Shown one piece after another: positions 36,910 to 46,226 of a stretch of 64,000 bases of DNA. The position numbers were made by a program, and so were the translations under genes. The stretch comes from Usitatibacteraceae bacterium (GTDB lineage Bacteria; Pseudomonadota; Gammaproteobacteria; Burkholderiales; Usitatibacteraceae): positions 8,867 through 72,866 of the forward strand of contig JBGAQP010000018.1 in the NCBI GenBank assembly GCA_044220635.1. The letters are read 5' to 3'. Positions within the stretch are counted from its first letter, which is position 1, and each line of letters opens with the position of its first letter. Under the pieces are notes generated by a model. That model saw only the letters and a program-made list of their open reading frames with translations. It made no database searches and was not told the origin of the DNA.

Positions 36910-37049
36910 GTCGGGATTCGGTTTGGCTCGCCGGGGCGCCCGCAGCCGGTCCGGACGGCCGGCGTGCTGAAGGGTGTTTGACTCAGGTCAAAAATGCTGC
37001 GGCGCGGCATCGCCAGACTCGCGGAGAAGCGTCCACCTCGGGAGAATCC

Positions 37050-37685
37050 ATGAAAAGAGCCACCGCCGCCCTCGCGGCCGCCGTGCTTTGCGCTATCGCG
37101 CTCCCCGCCGCCGCCCAGGAGAACTGGATGGTGCGCGTGCGCGCCCTGTACCTCGACCCGGCCAACAAGTCCGACCCGATCCCCTCGCTCGGCGTTCCGG
37201 CCGACGCGATCGAGGTGAGCGACAAGACCTTCCCCGAAGTCGACTTCTCGTACTTCTTCTCGAAGAACCTCGCCGCCGAGCTGGTCCTCACCTATCCCCA
37301 GAAGCACGACGTCACGGTCACGCAGAGCGTGCTCGGCTCGGTGAACATCGGGACCTTCAAGCACCTGCCGCCGACCCTGACCCTGCAGTACCACTTCATC
37401 CCCGACGGCACGATCCGGCCCTACGTGGGCGCGGGCATCAACCTGACGATCCTCTCGGACGTGAACCTGGAGATCCCGACCGTCGGCAAGCTCGACCTCG
37501 AGAACTACAGCGTGGGCGGGGCGCTTCAGGCGGGCCTCGACTGGAAACTCGACAAGAACCTCTACCTCAACTTCGACGTGAAGCAGGTCTGGATCGAGTC
37601 CGACGTGCTCCTCGGCGGCGCCAAGGTCTCGAAGGTCAAGGTCGACCCGCTCCTCTGGAGCGTGGGCCTCGGCTGGCGCTTCTAG
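37050..37685 (+). CDS. ompW: OmpW-family outer-membrane beta-barrel protein
   Basis: C-terminal 211 aa of ORF 36393..37685. From ATG 37050 it reads MKRATAALAAAVLCAIALPAAAQ (signal peptide). It shows alternating beta-strand patterns and ends ..LLWSVGLGWRF (aromatic C-terminus). Confidence 0.88.
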   Translation: MKRATAALAAAVLCAIALPAAAQENWMVRVRALYLDPANKSDPIPSLGVPADAIEVSDKTFPEVDFSYFFSKNLAAELVLTYPQKHDVTVTQSVLGSVNIGTFKHLPPTLTLQYHFIPDGTIRPYVGAGINLTILSDVNLEIPTVGKLDLENYSVGGALQAGLDWKLDKNLYLNFDVKQVWIESDVLLGGAKVSKVKVDPLLWSVGLGWRF

Positions 37686-37694
37686 GCCCTCGAC

Positions 37695-37722
37695 CCCCGG
37701 GCGCGCGTCGCGCGCCCCGGGG
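37695..37722. terminator. GC-rich hairpin between the convergent ompW and holin-like genes
   Basis: CCCCGGGCGCGCG-tcg-CGCGCCCCGGGG (one bulge). There is no clear U-tract. Confidence 0.35.
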
Positions 37723-37728
37723 CGGGCG

Positions 37729-38082
37729 TCATTCCTTTCGCGGGCTGAAGAGCAGCCAGCTCGTCACCAGCGTGATGAGGCTGTAGAGGAGCGAGCCCAC
37801 GAGCGCGGCGACGAAGCCGCTCACGGTGAAGCCCTGGATGATCTCGGCCACGAGCCAGAAGAGCAGGGCGTTGATCACGAAGAGGAAGAGCCCGAGCGTG
37901 ACGATGGTCACGGGCAGGGTCAGGAGCACGAGGATCGGCCGGATGACGGCGTTCACCAGCCCCAGGACGAGGGCCGCGACGAGCGCGGCGAAGAAGCTCG
38001 CGACCTGGACCCCGGGGTAGAGGTAGGCGACCAGCAGCAGGGCGGCGGCGTTCAGGATCCAGCGGGCGAGCAGTCGCAGCAT
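37729..38082 (-). CDS. Small four-TM membrane protein of the so-called phage holin 4-2 / DUF360 family
   Basis: ORF 37729..38082. Reads MLRLLARWILNAAALLLVAYLYPGV..LVNAVIRPILVLLTLPVTIVTLGLFLFVINALLFWL... SD GAGGAG precedes it, 10 nt after the hemH stop. Confidence 0.75.
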   Translation of the reverse strand: MLRLLARWILNAAALLLVAYLYPGVQVASFFAALVAALVLGLVNAVIRPILVLLTLPVTIVTLGLFLFVINALLFWLVAEIIQGFTVSGFVAALVGSLLYSLITLVTSWLLFSPRKE

Positions 38083-38092
38083 CTCGGTCTCC

Positions 38093-39106
38093 TCAGGGTC
38101 GGTCCCAGGCGCGCAGGTTTTCCTCGGCGATCTGCGCGAGGGCTGTCATCCAGGCGGGGGTGTCGTTCGTGGTGGGAATGTAATGGAACTCCCCGCCCCC
38201 CGCCTTGCGGAAGCCGTCGCGGACTTCCTGCCCGATCTCCTCGAGCGTCTCGAGGCAATCGGCGGCGAAGCCGGGGCAGATCACGTCCACGCGCCGGGTC
38301 CCCGCGCGGCCGAGGGCCTCGAGGGTCTCGGCGGTATAGGGCTGGAGCCACTCGGCCCGCCCGAACCGCGACTGGAAGGTGAGGAGCGTGCGCTCGTCGT
38401 TCCAGCCGAGCTCGGTGGCGATGAGGCGCGCGCTGGCCCGGCACTGGGACTCGTAGGGATCGCCCGCGTCGGACACGGCCTTCGGGATGCCGTGGAAGCT
38501 CATCACGAGCTTGTCGGGCCGCCCGTGCTTCATCCAGTAGTCGTTCACGTTCTTCGCGATCGCCCGCGCGTAGGCGGGATGGTCGTGGAAGTCGTTCACG
38601 ACGCGCACTTCCGGCGCGTCCTTTCGCCGTCGCAGCGCCCGGGCGAGCGCGTCGCGCACGCTCTCGGTCGTGCTCTCGGCGTATTGCGGGTAGAGGGGCA
38701 GCACGAGCACGCGGGGGCACGGCCGCTCGCCGAGCTCGGCGAGGCCGTCGGCGATGGAGGGCCGGCCGTAGCGCATGGCGCCCGCCACCGCGACCGGCGC
38801 CTTCAGCCGTTCGCCGAGATAGCCGCGAAGCAGCTGCACCTGGCGGCCGAGGTAGACGCGCAGCGGCGAGCCCTCCTTCATCCAGATGCTCGCGTACTTG
38901 TGCGCGGTCTTCGCCGGGCGAAACGGCAGGATGAGGAAATTGAGGATCGGCCACCAGACGAGGCGGGGGATCTGCACCACGCGCGGGTCCGAGAGGAACT
39001 CGCGCAGGTAGCGGCGCACGGCCGGGGCCGTGGGCGCCTCGGGCGTGCCGAGGTTCACGACCAGCACGCCGGCCCGCGCGACGCCCCTGCCGGTCGGTTC
39101 GGCCAC
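38093..39106 (-). CDS. hemH: Ferrochelatase
   Basis: ORF 38093..39106 with a GTG start. Reads GVLVVNLGTPEAPT.., LVMSFHGIP, ..FHYIPTTND. Confidence 0.94.
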   Translation of the reverse strand: MAEPTGRGVARAGVLVVNLGTPEAPTAPAVRRYLREFLSDPRVVQIPRLVWWPILNFLILPFRPAKTAHKYASIWMKEGSPLRVYLGRQVQLLRGYLGERLKAPVAVAGAMRYGRPSIADGLAELGERPCPRVLVLPLYPQYAESTTESVRDALARALRRRKDAPEVRVVNDFHDHPAYARAIAKNVNDYWMKHGRPDKLVMSFHGIPKAVSDAGDPYESQCRASARLIATELGWNDERTLLTFQSRFGRAEWLQPYTAETLEALGRAGTRRVDVICPGFAADCLETLEEIGQEVRDGFRKAGGGEFHYIPTTNDTPAWMTALAQIAEENLRAWDRP

Positions 39107-39112
39107 GGCGGC

Positions 39113-40132
39113 TCAGTGCTGCGAAAGCGCGGAGGAGACGAGCTTCGCCGTCACGTCCACGATCGGGATCACGCGCTCGTAGGCCATGCGCGTGGGCCCG
39201 ATGACCCCGACGGTGCCGACCACCTTCCCGTCCACCTCGTAGGGCGCGGTCACGATCGAGCATTCGTCGAGGGGCACGAGCTGGGACTCCCCGCCGATGA
39301 AGATCTTCACCCCGTCGGCGTGCTCGCTCAGTTCCAGCAGGTCGAGCAGCTGCGCCTTGCGGTCGAAGAGGTCGAAAAGGCGGCGCAGGCGCTCGCGGTC
39401 CGAGGAGAGGTCGTCGACCTCGAGGAGGTTCCTCTCCCCCGAGATCACCATCCCCTCGACCGGGGAGCGCAGGTCGCCCGCGCCCACCTCGATGGCCGCC
39501 TTCATCAGGGCCGAGATGTCGCGGTGCAGCTCGACGAGCTCGGTGCGCACCCGGCTCCTCAGCTGGTCGAACTCGATCCCGGCGTAGTGCTGGTTGATGT
39601 AGTTGCCGGCTTCCTGGAGGAGCGAGGCCGAGTAGCTGCGGTCGGTGACGAGCACGCGGTTGTGCACCTCGCCGTCGCTCGCGACCATGATCAGGAGGAC
39701 GCGCTTCTCGGAAAGCCCGATGAACTCGACGTGGCGCAGCACCACGCCGCGCCGGCGCGGGGCGACCACGACGCCGGCGAAGTGCGTGAGGTCGGAGAGC
39801 AGGTGCGAGGCCGCCGCGACCACGCGCTGCGGGTCGCCGGGCAGGAGCTGCTCGGCGAGCTGCTGGCGCTCGACCTCCTCCAGCGGGCGCACCGTGAGCA
39901 GGGTGTCGACGAAGAAGCGGTAGCCCTTCGGCGTGGGCACGCGCCCCGCGGAAGTGTGGGGACTCGCGACGAAGCCCATCTCCTCGAGGTCGGCCATGAC
40001 GTTGCGGATGGTCGCGGGCGAGAGCTCCAGGGCGGAGAACCGCGAGAGGGAGCGCGAGCCCACGGGCTGTCCCTCGGCGATGTAGCGCTCGACGAGGATC
40101 TTCAGCAGGCTCTGTGCGCGTTCGCTCAGCAT
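39113..40132 (-). CDS. hrcA: Heat-inducible transcription repressor HrcA
   Basis: ORF 39113..40183. From ATG 40132 it reads [30 protein letters not shown]... Its stop lies 6 nt before the hemH start. Confidence 0.93.
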   Translation of the reverse strand: MLSERAQSLLKILVERYIAEGQPVGSRSLSRFSALELSPATIRNVMADLEEMGFVASPHTSAGRVPTPKGYRFFVDTLLTVRPLEEVERQQLAEQLLPGDPQRVVAAASHLLSDLTHFAGVVVAPRRRGVVLRHVEFIGLSEKRVLLIMVASDGEVHNRVLVTDRSYSASLLQEAGNYINQHYAGIEFDQLRSRVRTELVELHRDISALMKAAIEVGAGDLRSPVEGMVISGERNLLEVDDLSSDRERLRRLFDLFDRKAQLLDLLELSEHADGVKIFIGGESQLVPLDECSIVTAPYEVDGKVVGTVGVIGPTRMAYERVIPIVDVTAKLVSSALSQH

Positions 40133-40198
40133 TCTCGGGGGCGGGGGCATCGGGTGGGCGAGCCCTATTCTACAAACAATCATGCTCTAATTGCGGCC

Positions 40199-41074
40199 AT
40201 GCCTTCCGCGTTCAAGACGGCGGCCGTCGTCGGCAAGGGCGATGCGGCGAGCCTGCCCGATGTCCTCGACCAGGTGGGCGCGGTGCTGCGCGCCCGCGGC
40301 CTCGCGATCCTCATGGACCCGGCGACGGCGGCGGCGGCGCGCGTGCCGCCCGACGCGGCGCTGCCCGTCGCCGAACTGCCCGGGCGGTGCGACATCGCGA
40401 TCGCGGTGGGCGGCGACGGCACGATGCTCGGCTGCGCGCGGCTGATGGCGGGCCACGGCGTGCCGCTCGTGGGCGTGAACCTCGGGCGCCTGGGTTTCCT
40501 CACCGACATCCCGGCGCGCGAGGCCGCCGCGATGGTCGAGTCCATCCTCGCGGGGGAGTTCACCGCCGAGGACCGCACGCTCCTGTCGGCGAGCGTGCTG
40601 CGCGGCGGCGCGCAGCGCTTCGCGACCCACGCGATGAACGACGTCGTCGTGAGCCGCGGCGCCATGGGCAGCATGATCGAGTTCGCGGTCACCGTCGACG
40701 GCGAATTCATCTACAGCCTGCGCGCCGACGGCCTCATCGTCGCCACCCCGACGGGCTCGACCGCCTACGCCCTCTCGGCCGGCGGCCCGATCCTGCACCC
40801 GGCGCTGTCGGCCATCGCGCTCGTGCCGATCTCGCCGCACACGCTCTCCAACCGCCCGGTGGCCATCCGCGGCGAGTCGCGCGTCGAGGTGACGCTCGTG
40901 CGCGGCGCGGGCGCGCGGGTGAACTTCGACGTGCAGTCCCACCAGGACCTCGAGGTGGGCGACGTCGTGGCGCTCACCGCCTCCGAGCGCCCGGTGCGCC
41001 TGCTGCACCCGCGCGGCTACCGTTACTTCGGAATGCTGCGCCAGAAGCTCGGCTGGAACGAGCGCACGACCTGA
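40199..41074 (+). CDS. nadK: NAD kinase
   Basis: C-terminal 291 aa of the shadow-extended ORF 38183..41074. From ATG 40199 it reads MPSAFKTAAVVGK.., GGDGTMLG, ..GSTAYALSAGGPI. Confidence 0.93.
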   Translation: MPSAFKTAAVVGKGDAASLPDVLDQVGAVLRARGLAILMDPATAAAARVPPDAALPVAELPGRCDIAIAVGGDGTMLGCARLMAGHGVPLVGVNLGRLGFLTDIPAREAAAMVESILAGEFTAEDRTLLSASVLRGGAQRFATHAMNDVVVSRGAMGSMIEFAVTVDGEFIYSLRADGLIVATPTGSTAYALSAGGPILHPALSAIALVPISPHTLSNRPVAIRGESRVEVTLVRGAGARVNFDVQSHQDLEVGDVVALTASERPVRLLHPRGYRYFGMLRQKLGWNERTT

Positions 41075-41100
41075 AGGCGCCGAGCCGCTTCCCGCAGCCC

Positions 41101-42816
41101 ATGCTCCGAGCCCTGTCGATTCGCGACTACGTGATCGTCGAGCGGCTCGACCTCGAGCTCGGTCCGGGCTTCACCGCGCTCACCGGCGAGACCGGGGCCG
41201 GAAAGTCGATCCTCGTGGAGGCGCTCTCCCTGGCGCTCGGCGCCCGGGCCGACGCGGGCGTGGTGCGCGCGGGCGCCGAGCGCGCCGAGATCAGCGCGGA
41301 GTTCGAGGCGGCCCCGGGCGGTCCCGCGCGGGCCTGGCTCGCCGCCAACGACCTCGAGGAGGGCGAGGGCGCGTGCCTCCTGCGGCGCACCGTGGACGCC
41401 TCGGGCCGGTCCCGGGCCTTCGTGAACGGGCGGCCCGCGACACTCGCCCAGCTGCGCGAGCTCGGCGAGACGCTGCTCGACATCCACGGCCAGCACGACC
41501 ACCGCCTGCTCGCGAGCCGCGAGCACCAGCGCCGGCTCCTCGACGCGTTCGGGGGAAGCGAGGCGCTCGCCGAGCGCACCGCGCGATGCCACGCCGACTG
41601 GCGGCGGATCGCCGCCCAGCGAGCGGCGCGCGAGGGCGCGCAGGCGAGCTCGGCGCGCGAGCGCGAGTTCCTCGCCCACGAGATCCGCGAGCTCGAGGCG
41701 CTCGGCTTCGATCCGGCGCGCTTCGCCGAGGAGGAGGCCGAGCACCGCCGGCTCGCCCATGCCCGGGAGCTCCTCGATACCGTGAGCGCGTGCGCGGAGG
41801 ACCTCGACGAGGCCGAGGGCTCGGTCGCCGCGCGCCTCGCCGAGGCCGCCGCGCGCCTCGCCGAGGCCGCCACCCTGGACCCGTCGCTCGAGGAGCCGCG
41901 CTCGGAGGCCGAGGGCGCACTCGTCCACGCGCGCGAGGCCGCGCAGGAGCTGCGCCGCTACCTGCAGCGTCTCGAGATGGACCCGGAGCGGCTCGCCGCG
42001 CTCGAGGGCCGCCTCAAGGCTGTGCACGACCTCGCGCGCAAGCTGCGGATCGCGCCCGACGCGATCCCCGATGCCCTCGCGGCGAGGCGCGAGCGCCTCG
42101 CCGAGCTGGGCGGCGAGGAGAGCCTCGAGGCGCTGCGCGCGCAGGAGGCGGCGGCACGCGAGGCCTGCCTCGAGGCCGCCCGGGCGCTCTCCGAGGCGCG
42201 GCGCGAGTCGGCGCGGCGCTTCGGCGCGGAAGTCACGCGCTCGATGCAGGCGCTCGCGATGGACGGCGGGCGCCTCGCGGTGGCGCTCGAGCCGCTGGCC
42301 GAGCCTTCGGCCGGGGGCCTCGAGTCCGTCGAGCTGCAGGTCGCGGCGCACAAGGGCCAGCCGCTCGCGCCCCTCGCCCGAGCGGCCTCCGGCGGCGAGC
42401 TCTCGCGCCTCGCGCTCGCGATCCAGGTGCTCCTTTCGGGCGGGGCCTCGGTACCCACGCTCATCTTCGACGAGGTGGACGCGGGCATCGGCGGCGGCGT
42501 GGCCGAGGTCGTCGGGCGGCTCCTGCAGTCGCTCTCGCGCCGGCACCAGGTGCTGTGCGTCACGCACCTCGCGCAGGTCGCCGCCTGTGCGCGCGCGCAG
42601 CTGCGGGTGACGAAGCACCCGGACGCGCGCGGCACCCGGGCGGGGGTCGAGGCGCTCGATCCCGAGGAGCGCGTCGAGGAGATCGCGCGCATGCTCGGCG
42701 GGCTCAGGATCACCGAGACCACGCGCCGCCACGCCGCGGAGATGTTGCAAAACGCGCGCGCCGCGAGTACACCGGCACGCAGGGAAAAGGGAAAGGCGGC
42801 CGCCGGCCCGTCGTGA
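41101..42816 (+). CDS. recN: DNA repair protein RecN
   Basis: C-terminal 571 aa of ORF 40114..42816. From ATG 41101 it reads MLRALSIRDYVIVERLDLELGPGFTALTGETGAGKSI.., with a long coiled coil and ..ASGGELSRLALA..IFDEVDAGIGG. Confidence 0.95.
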   Translation: MLRALSIRDYVIVERLDLELGPGFTALTGETGAGKSILVEALSLALGARADAGVVRAGAERAEISAEFEAAPGGPARAWLAANDLEEGEGACLLRRTVDASGRSRAFVNGRPATLAQLRELGETLLDIHGQHDHRLLASREHQRRLLDAFGGSEALAERTARCHADWRRIAAQRAAREGAQASSAREREFLAHEIRELEALGFDPARFAEEEAEHRRLAHARELLDTVSACAEDLDEAEGSVAARLAEAAARLAEAATLDPSLEEPRSEAEGALVHAREAAQELRRYLQRLEMDPERLAALEGRLKAVHDLARKLRIAPDAIPDALAARRERLAELGGEESLEALRAQEAAAREACLEAARALSEARRESARRFGAEVTRSMQALAMDGGRLAVALEPLAEPSAGGLESVELQVAAHKGQPLAPLARAASGGELSRLALAIQVLLSGGASVPTLIFDEVDAGIGGGVAEVVGRLLQSLSRRHQVLCVTHLAQVAACARAQLRVTKHPDARGTRAGVEALDPEERVEEIARMLGGLRITETTRRHAAEMLQNARAASTPARREKGKAAAGPS

Positions 42817-42844
42817 CCGGCGCCGGGGCCCTTCGGGGGAAACC

Positions 42845-44074
42845 ATGGAGGCAGCGGGAGGGAAGGCGGCACTGGTGCTCGCGGGCGGCGGGGCCCGCGC
42901 CGCATACCAGGTCGGCGTCCTCCAGGCCATCAAGGAGATGCTGCCGGACCCGGCGGTCAACCCCTTCCCGATCATCTGCGGGACTTCCGCGGGGGCGGTG
43001 AACGCCGGGGCGCTCGCGGTCCACGCCGACGACTTCGGCCGCGCGGTCGACAACCTCCTCGAGGTCTGGCGCAATTTCGAGCCGCGCCACGTCTACCGCT
43101 CGGACTTCCCCGGCGTGGCCGCCAACAGCGGGCGCTGGATCATGAGCCTCTTCCTCGGCGCCGTGGCCCGCAACCGCGCGGTGTCGCTGCTCGACAACCG
43201 GCCGCTGCACGCGCTCCTCGAGCGCAAGCTCGATTTCGACCGGGTCGCTCCCAACATCCAGGCGGGGGCGCTCGACGCCCTGGCGATCACCTGCTCGGGC
43301 TACACCTCGGGGCAGAGCTGCAGCTTCTTCGAGGGGGCGGAGCACCTCGAGGGCTGGAAGCGCTCCCAGAGGATCGGGATCAAGACGCGGATCCGCCCCG
43401 ACCACCTGATGGCCTCGGCCGCGATCCCGTTCCTCTTCCCGGCGCACAAGCTCAACCGCGAGTTCTTCGGCGACGGCTCGATGCGCCAGATCGCGCCGGT
43501 GAGCCCCGCGCTGCACCTGGGGGCGGACCGCATCGTCGTCGTCGGCACGGCGCGCATCCGCAACGACGCCCCCGAGCGCACGCGCGGCGACCTCTATCCC
43601 TCGCTCGCCCAGATCGCCGGCCACGTGATGAACTCGATCTTCCTCGACAGCCTCGCCGTGGACATCGAGCGCCTCGAGCGCATCAACCGCACGATCAGCG
43701 TGCTGCCCGAGGACAAGCTCCGGCAGATGGGCCTCACCCTGCACCACGTCGACGTGCTCGTGCTCACGCCCTCGGAGCCGCTCGAGGCGATCGCCGTGCG
43801 CCACGTCCAGAACCTGCCGCCGCCGATCCGCTTCCTGCTGCGCACGATCGGCGCGATGCGCCGCGGCGGCGCGAACCTCGCGAGCTACCTGCTCTTCGAG
43901 CAGGGCTACTGCCGCGAGCTGATCCAGCTCGGCTACCACGACACGCTCAAGCGCCGCGACGAGATCGACGCCTTCCTCGTCGGCACGATGTGCCCGGTTC
44001 CCGGCGCCTACGCGCGGACCGTGAAGTTCTTCTCGCCCTTCCACGACGCCGCGAACCCCAGGACCCCGGCCTGA
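42845..44074 (+). CDS. Patatin-like phospholipase family protein
   Basis: ORF 42845..44074. It has the oxyanion motif [11 protein letters not shown], the nucleophile elbow GTSAG and the catalytic Asp motif FGDGS. Confidence 0.88.
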   Translation: MEAAGGKAALVLAGGGARAAYQVGVLQAIKEMLPDPAVNPFPIICGTSAGAVNAGALAVHADDFGRAVDNLLEVWRNFEPRHVYRSDFPGVAANSGRWIMSLFLGAVARNRAVSLLDNRPLHALLERKLDFDRVAPNIQAGALDALAITCSGYTSGQSCSFFEGAEHLEGWKRSQRIGIKTRIRPDHLMASAAIPFLFPAHKLNREFFGDGSMRQIAPVSPALHLGADRIVVVGTARIRNDAPERTRGDLYPSLAQIAGHVMNSIFLDSLAVDIERLERINRTISVLPEDKLRQMGLTLHHVDVLVLTPSEPLEAIAVRHVQNLPPPIRFLLRTIGAMRRGGANLASYLLFEQGYCRELIQLGYHDTLKRRDEIDAFLVGTMCPVPGAYARTVKFFSPFHDAANPRTPA

Positions 44075-44076
44075 GC

Positions 44077-44532
44077 ATGTCCCGACCCGCCCCCCACTCG
44101 CGCGCCGACTACCGGGCGCTGCGCCCGATCACGACGCGCTGGATGGACAACGACGCCTACGGGCACGTGAACAACGTCGTCTACTACTCGTTCTTCGACA
44201 CGGCGGTGAACACCTGGCTCATCGAGCGCGGCGCCCTCGACATCGAGTCGAGCCCGGTGATCGGGCTCGTGGTGGAGACGGGCTGCCAGTACTTCGCGCC
44301 GCTCACCTACCCCGAGACGGTCACCGCGGGGCTGCGCGTGGCGCGCCTCGGGCGCTCGAGCGTGCGCTACGAAGTCGGGCTCTTCGGCGAGGGGTCCGAG
44401 AGCGCCGCCGCCCAGGGCCACTTCGTCCACGTGTACGTCGACCGGGCCACGCGCCGGCCGGCGGCGCTTCCGGACGCGCTCGTGCACGCGCTCGAGCCGC
44501 TGCGCGTCCACGCCGCGGAGCGCGACCCGTGA
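44077..44532 (+). CDS. Hotdog-fold acyl-CoA thioesterase (4HBT / YbgC-like)
   Basis: ORF 43990..44532. From ATG 44077 it reads [41 protein letters not shown]... The start lies 2 nt after the patatin stop. Confidence 0.82.
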   Translation: MSRPAPHSRADYRALRPITTRWMDNDAYGHVNNVVYYSFFDTAVNTWLIERGALDIESSPVIGLVVETGCQYFAPLTYPETVTAGLRVARLGRSSVRYEVGLFGEGSESAAAQGHFVHVYVDRATRRPAALPDALVHALEPLRVHAAERDP

Positions 44533-44933
44533 GGAGCGCGGTTCATTGGTGGATCGCGGGGCTGTGCCTCGTCGCAGCCGCGGCGGCCGCCACGCCCGCC
44601 GCGGCGCGCTCGCCCGCCATCAAGCGCACGATCCTCCAGAGCACCGAGATCCCGGGCGAGAACCGGGTGATCGTGCTGGGCCTCGCGGAGATCCCGGCGG
44701 GACTCGCGGCCGGCCGGCACAGCCACCCCGGAGTCGAGACGGGCTACGTGATCGAGGGCTCGGCCTCGCTCGAGATCGACGGCGAGCCCGCGCGCGTGCT
44801 CGTGGCCGGCGACAGCTACCTCATCCCCGCGGGCCGGGTGCACGACGCGCGCGCGCTCGGAAACGCCACGGTCAGGGTGCTCGCGACCTACGTGGTGGAA
44901 AAGGGCAAGCCGCTCGCCTTGCCGGCGCCCTGA
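44529..44933 (+). CDS. Exported cupin-domain protein
   Basis: ORF 44529..44933. Its GTG start overlaps the thioesterase TGA stop (GTGA). It has a signal peptide (..[20 protein letters not shown]) and cupin motifs [16 protein letters not shown] and [12 protein letters not shown]. Confidence 0.8.
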   Translation: MRSAVHWWIAGLCLVAAAAAATPAAARSPAIKRTILQSTEIPGENRVIVLGLAEIPAGLAAGRHSHPGVETGYVIEGSASLEIDGEPARVLVAGDSYLIPAGRVHDARALGNATVRVLATYVVEKGKPLALPAP

Positions 44934-44940
44934 GGCCCGC

Positions 44941-45624
44941 TCAGGCGAGGACGATGCGCCCGGCGAAGCAGGCGGCGAGAAAGCGCGAGATCGCCTCCAC
45001 CTCCTCGGCGCATACCGAGTGGGGCATCGGCCAGCTGTGCCACTCGACGCGGTAGCCACGCGATTCGAGCGCCGCGCGCGAGCGCTCGGCGAGCGCGATC
45101 GGGACGATGGGGTCCTGGGTGCCGTGCGCCATGAGGATCGGCGTGGCCCGGTTCGCGCTCGAGGCTTCGCGGTCGAGCGAGTCCTCGAGCGCGAGGTAGG
45201 TCGACAGCGCCACGATGCCCGCGAGCGCCTCGGCGTGGCGCAGCCCGGCCTGAAGCGCCACCGCCCCGCCCTGGGAGAAACCGGCGAGCACGATCTTCGC
45301 GGCGGGAATCCCGCGCTCGCGCTCGCGGGCGATGAGCGACTCGACCGCCGCCTGCGAGGCGCGGATGCCGTCCTCGTCCGGACGGCGCTCGATCTCGGCC
45401 ATGGCGATGTCGTACCAGGCGCGCATGACGTAGCCGTTGTTGATCGTCACCGGGCGCATCGGCGCGTGCGGGAAGATGAAGCGCAGCGGCAGGCCCTCGG
45501 GCAGCTGCAGCTCGCGCACCAGCGGGACGAAATCCCAGCCGTCGGCGCCCAGGCCGTGCATCCAGATCACGGTGCCCCGGGGGTCCGCCCCGGTGGCGAG
45601 CTCGATGTGCTCCAGCGCTTCCAC
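44941..45624 (-). CDS. Alpha/beta-hydrolase, phospholipase/carboxylesterase family
   Basis: C-terminal 227 aa of ORF 44941..46125. From GTG 45624 (SD GAGGAG 6 nt upstream) it reads VEALEHIELATGADPRGTVIWMHGLGADG.., with nucleophile GFSQGG and ..MAHGTQDPIV. Confidence 0.85.
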   Translation of the reverse strand: MEALEHIELATGADPRGTVIWMHGLGADGWDFVPLVRELQLPEGLPLRFIFPHAPMRPVTINNGYVMRAWYDIAMAEIERRPDEDGIRASQAAVESLIARERERGIPAAKIVLAGFSQGGAVALQAGLRHAEALAGIVALSTYLALEDSLDREASSANRATPILMAHGTQDPIVPIALAERSRAALESRGYRVEWHSWPMPHSVCAEEVEAISRFLAACFAGRIVLA

Positions 45625-45626
45625 GG

Positions 45627-46226
45627 TCAGCTCCTCGGGGGGCGCAGCGCGGACTTGGGCCGGAAGGCCTTGACCACGGCTTCGCGCGTCTCGAGATAGG
45701 GGCCGCCGAGCAGGTCGATGCAGTAGGGCACCGCCGCGAAGATGCCCGCGACCAGGACCTCGCCCTCGGGCGACTTCAGGCCCTCGAGCGTCTCCCGGAT
45801 CGACTTCGGCTGGCCGGGCAGGTTGAGGATCAGGGCCGCCTTGCGGACCACCGCCACCTGGCGCGAGAGGATCGCGGTGGGGACGAACTCCAGGCTGATG
45901 CGGCGCATCTGCTCGCCGAAGCCGGGCATCTCGCGATCGCCCACGGCGAGCGTCGCCTCGGGCGTCACGTCGCGCGGCGCGGGCCCGGTGCCGCCCGTGG
46001 TGACGACGAGGTGGCAGCCGCGCTCGTCGACGAGCTCGCGCAGCGTCGCCTCGATCACCGGCCGCTCGTCGGGGACGAGCCGGCGTTCGAAGCGGATCGG
46101 GTTCTCGAGGGCGGCGGCGAGCCATTGCTCGAGGGCCGGGATGCCCTCGTCCCGGTACACGCCCTGCGCGGCGCGGTCGCTCGTCGCGACGAGCCCGATC
46201 GTCACCGGGTCCGCGGAGGGGCTCAA
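45627..46226 (-). CDS. mogA: Molybdopterin adenylyltransferase (MogA/MoaB family)
   Basis: C-terminal part of ORF 45627..47348. Reads ..VTIGLVATSDRAAQGVYRDEGIPAL...LVVTTGGTGPAPRDVTPEA... TTG 46226 has SD GGAGGA 6 nt upstream and overlaps the yjgA stop (TTGA). GTG 46205 is an alternative start. Confidence 0.85.
   Translation of the reverse strand: MSPSADPVTIGLVATSDRAAQGVYRDEGIPALEQWLAAALENPIRFERRLVPDERPVIEATLRELVDERGCHLVVTTGGTGPAPRDVTPEATLAVGDREMPGFGEQMRRISLEFVPTAILSRQVAVVRKAALILNLPGQPKSIRETLEGLKSPEGEVLVAGIFAAVPYCIDLLGGPYLETREAVVKAFRPKSALRPPRS

Noticed and set aside
37729-38082. Holin-family gene as evidence of a prophage or lysis cassette
   Set aside because: No endolysin, spanin, integrase or any other phage gene is nearby. 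The gene sits inside a housekeeping hrcA-hemH unit, and this family is widespread as a chromosomal membrane protein.
36216-40198. CIRCE operators (TTAGCACTC-N9-GAGTGCTAA) upstream of dnaK, grpE or hrcA
   Set aside because: No such inverted repeat is visible in any of the three upstream regions. HrcA targets are presumably elsewhere (groESL).
40990-41100. LexA/SOS box (CTGT-N8-ACAG) in front of recN
   Set aside because: No match was seen in the 26-bp nadK-recN spacer or in the end of nadK. recN looks co-transcribed with nadK here.
38183-42816. N-terminal extensions that make nadK 963 aa and recN 900 aa in the ORF track
   Set aside because: The upstream parts are antisense to hemH/hrcA, or overlap nadK in another frame. 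Homolog-like N-termini begin at ATG 40199 (MPSAFKTAAVVGK) and ATG 41101 (MLRALSIRDY).
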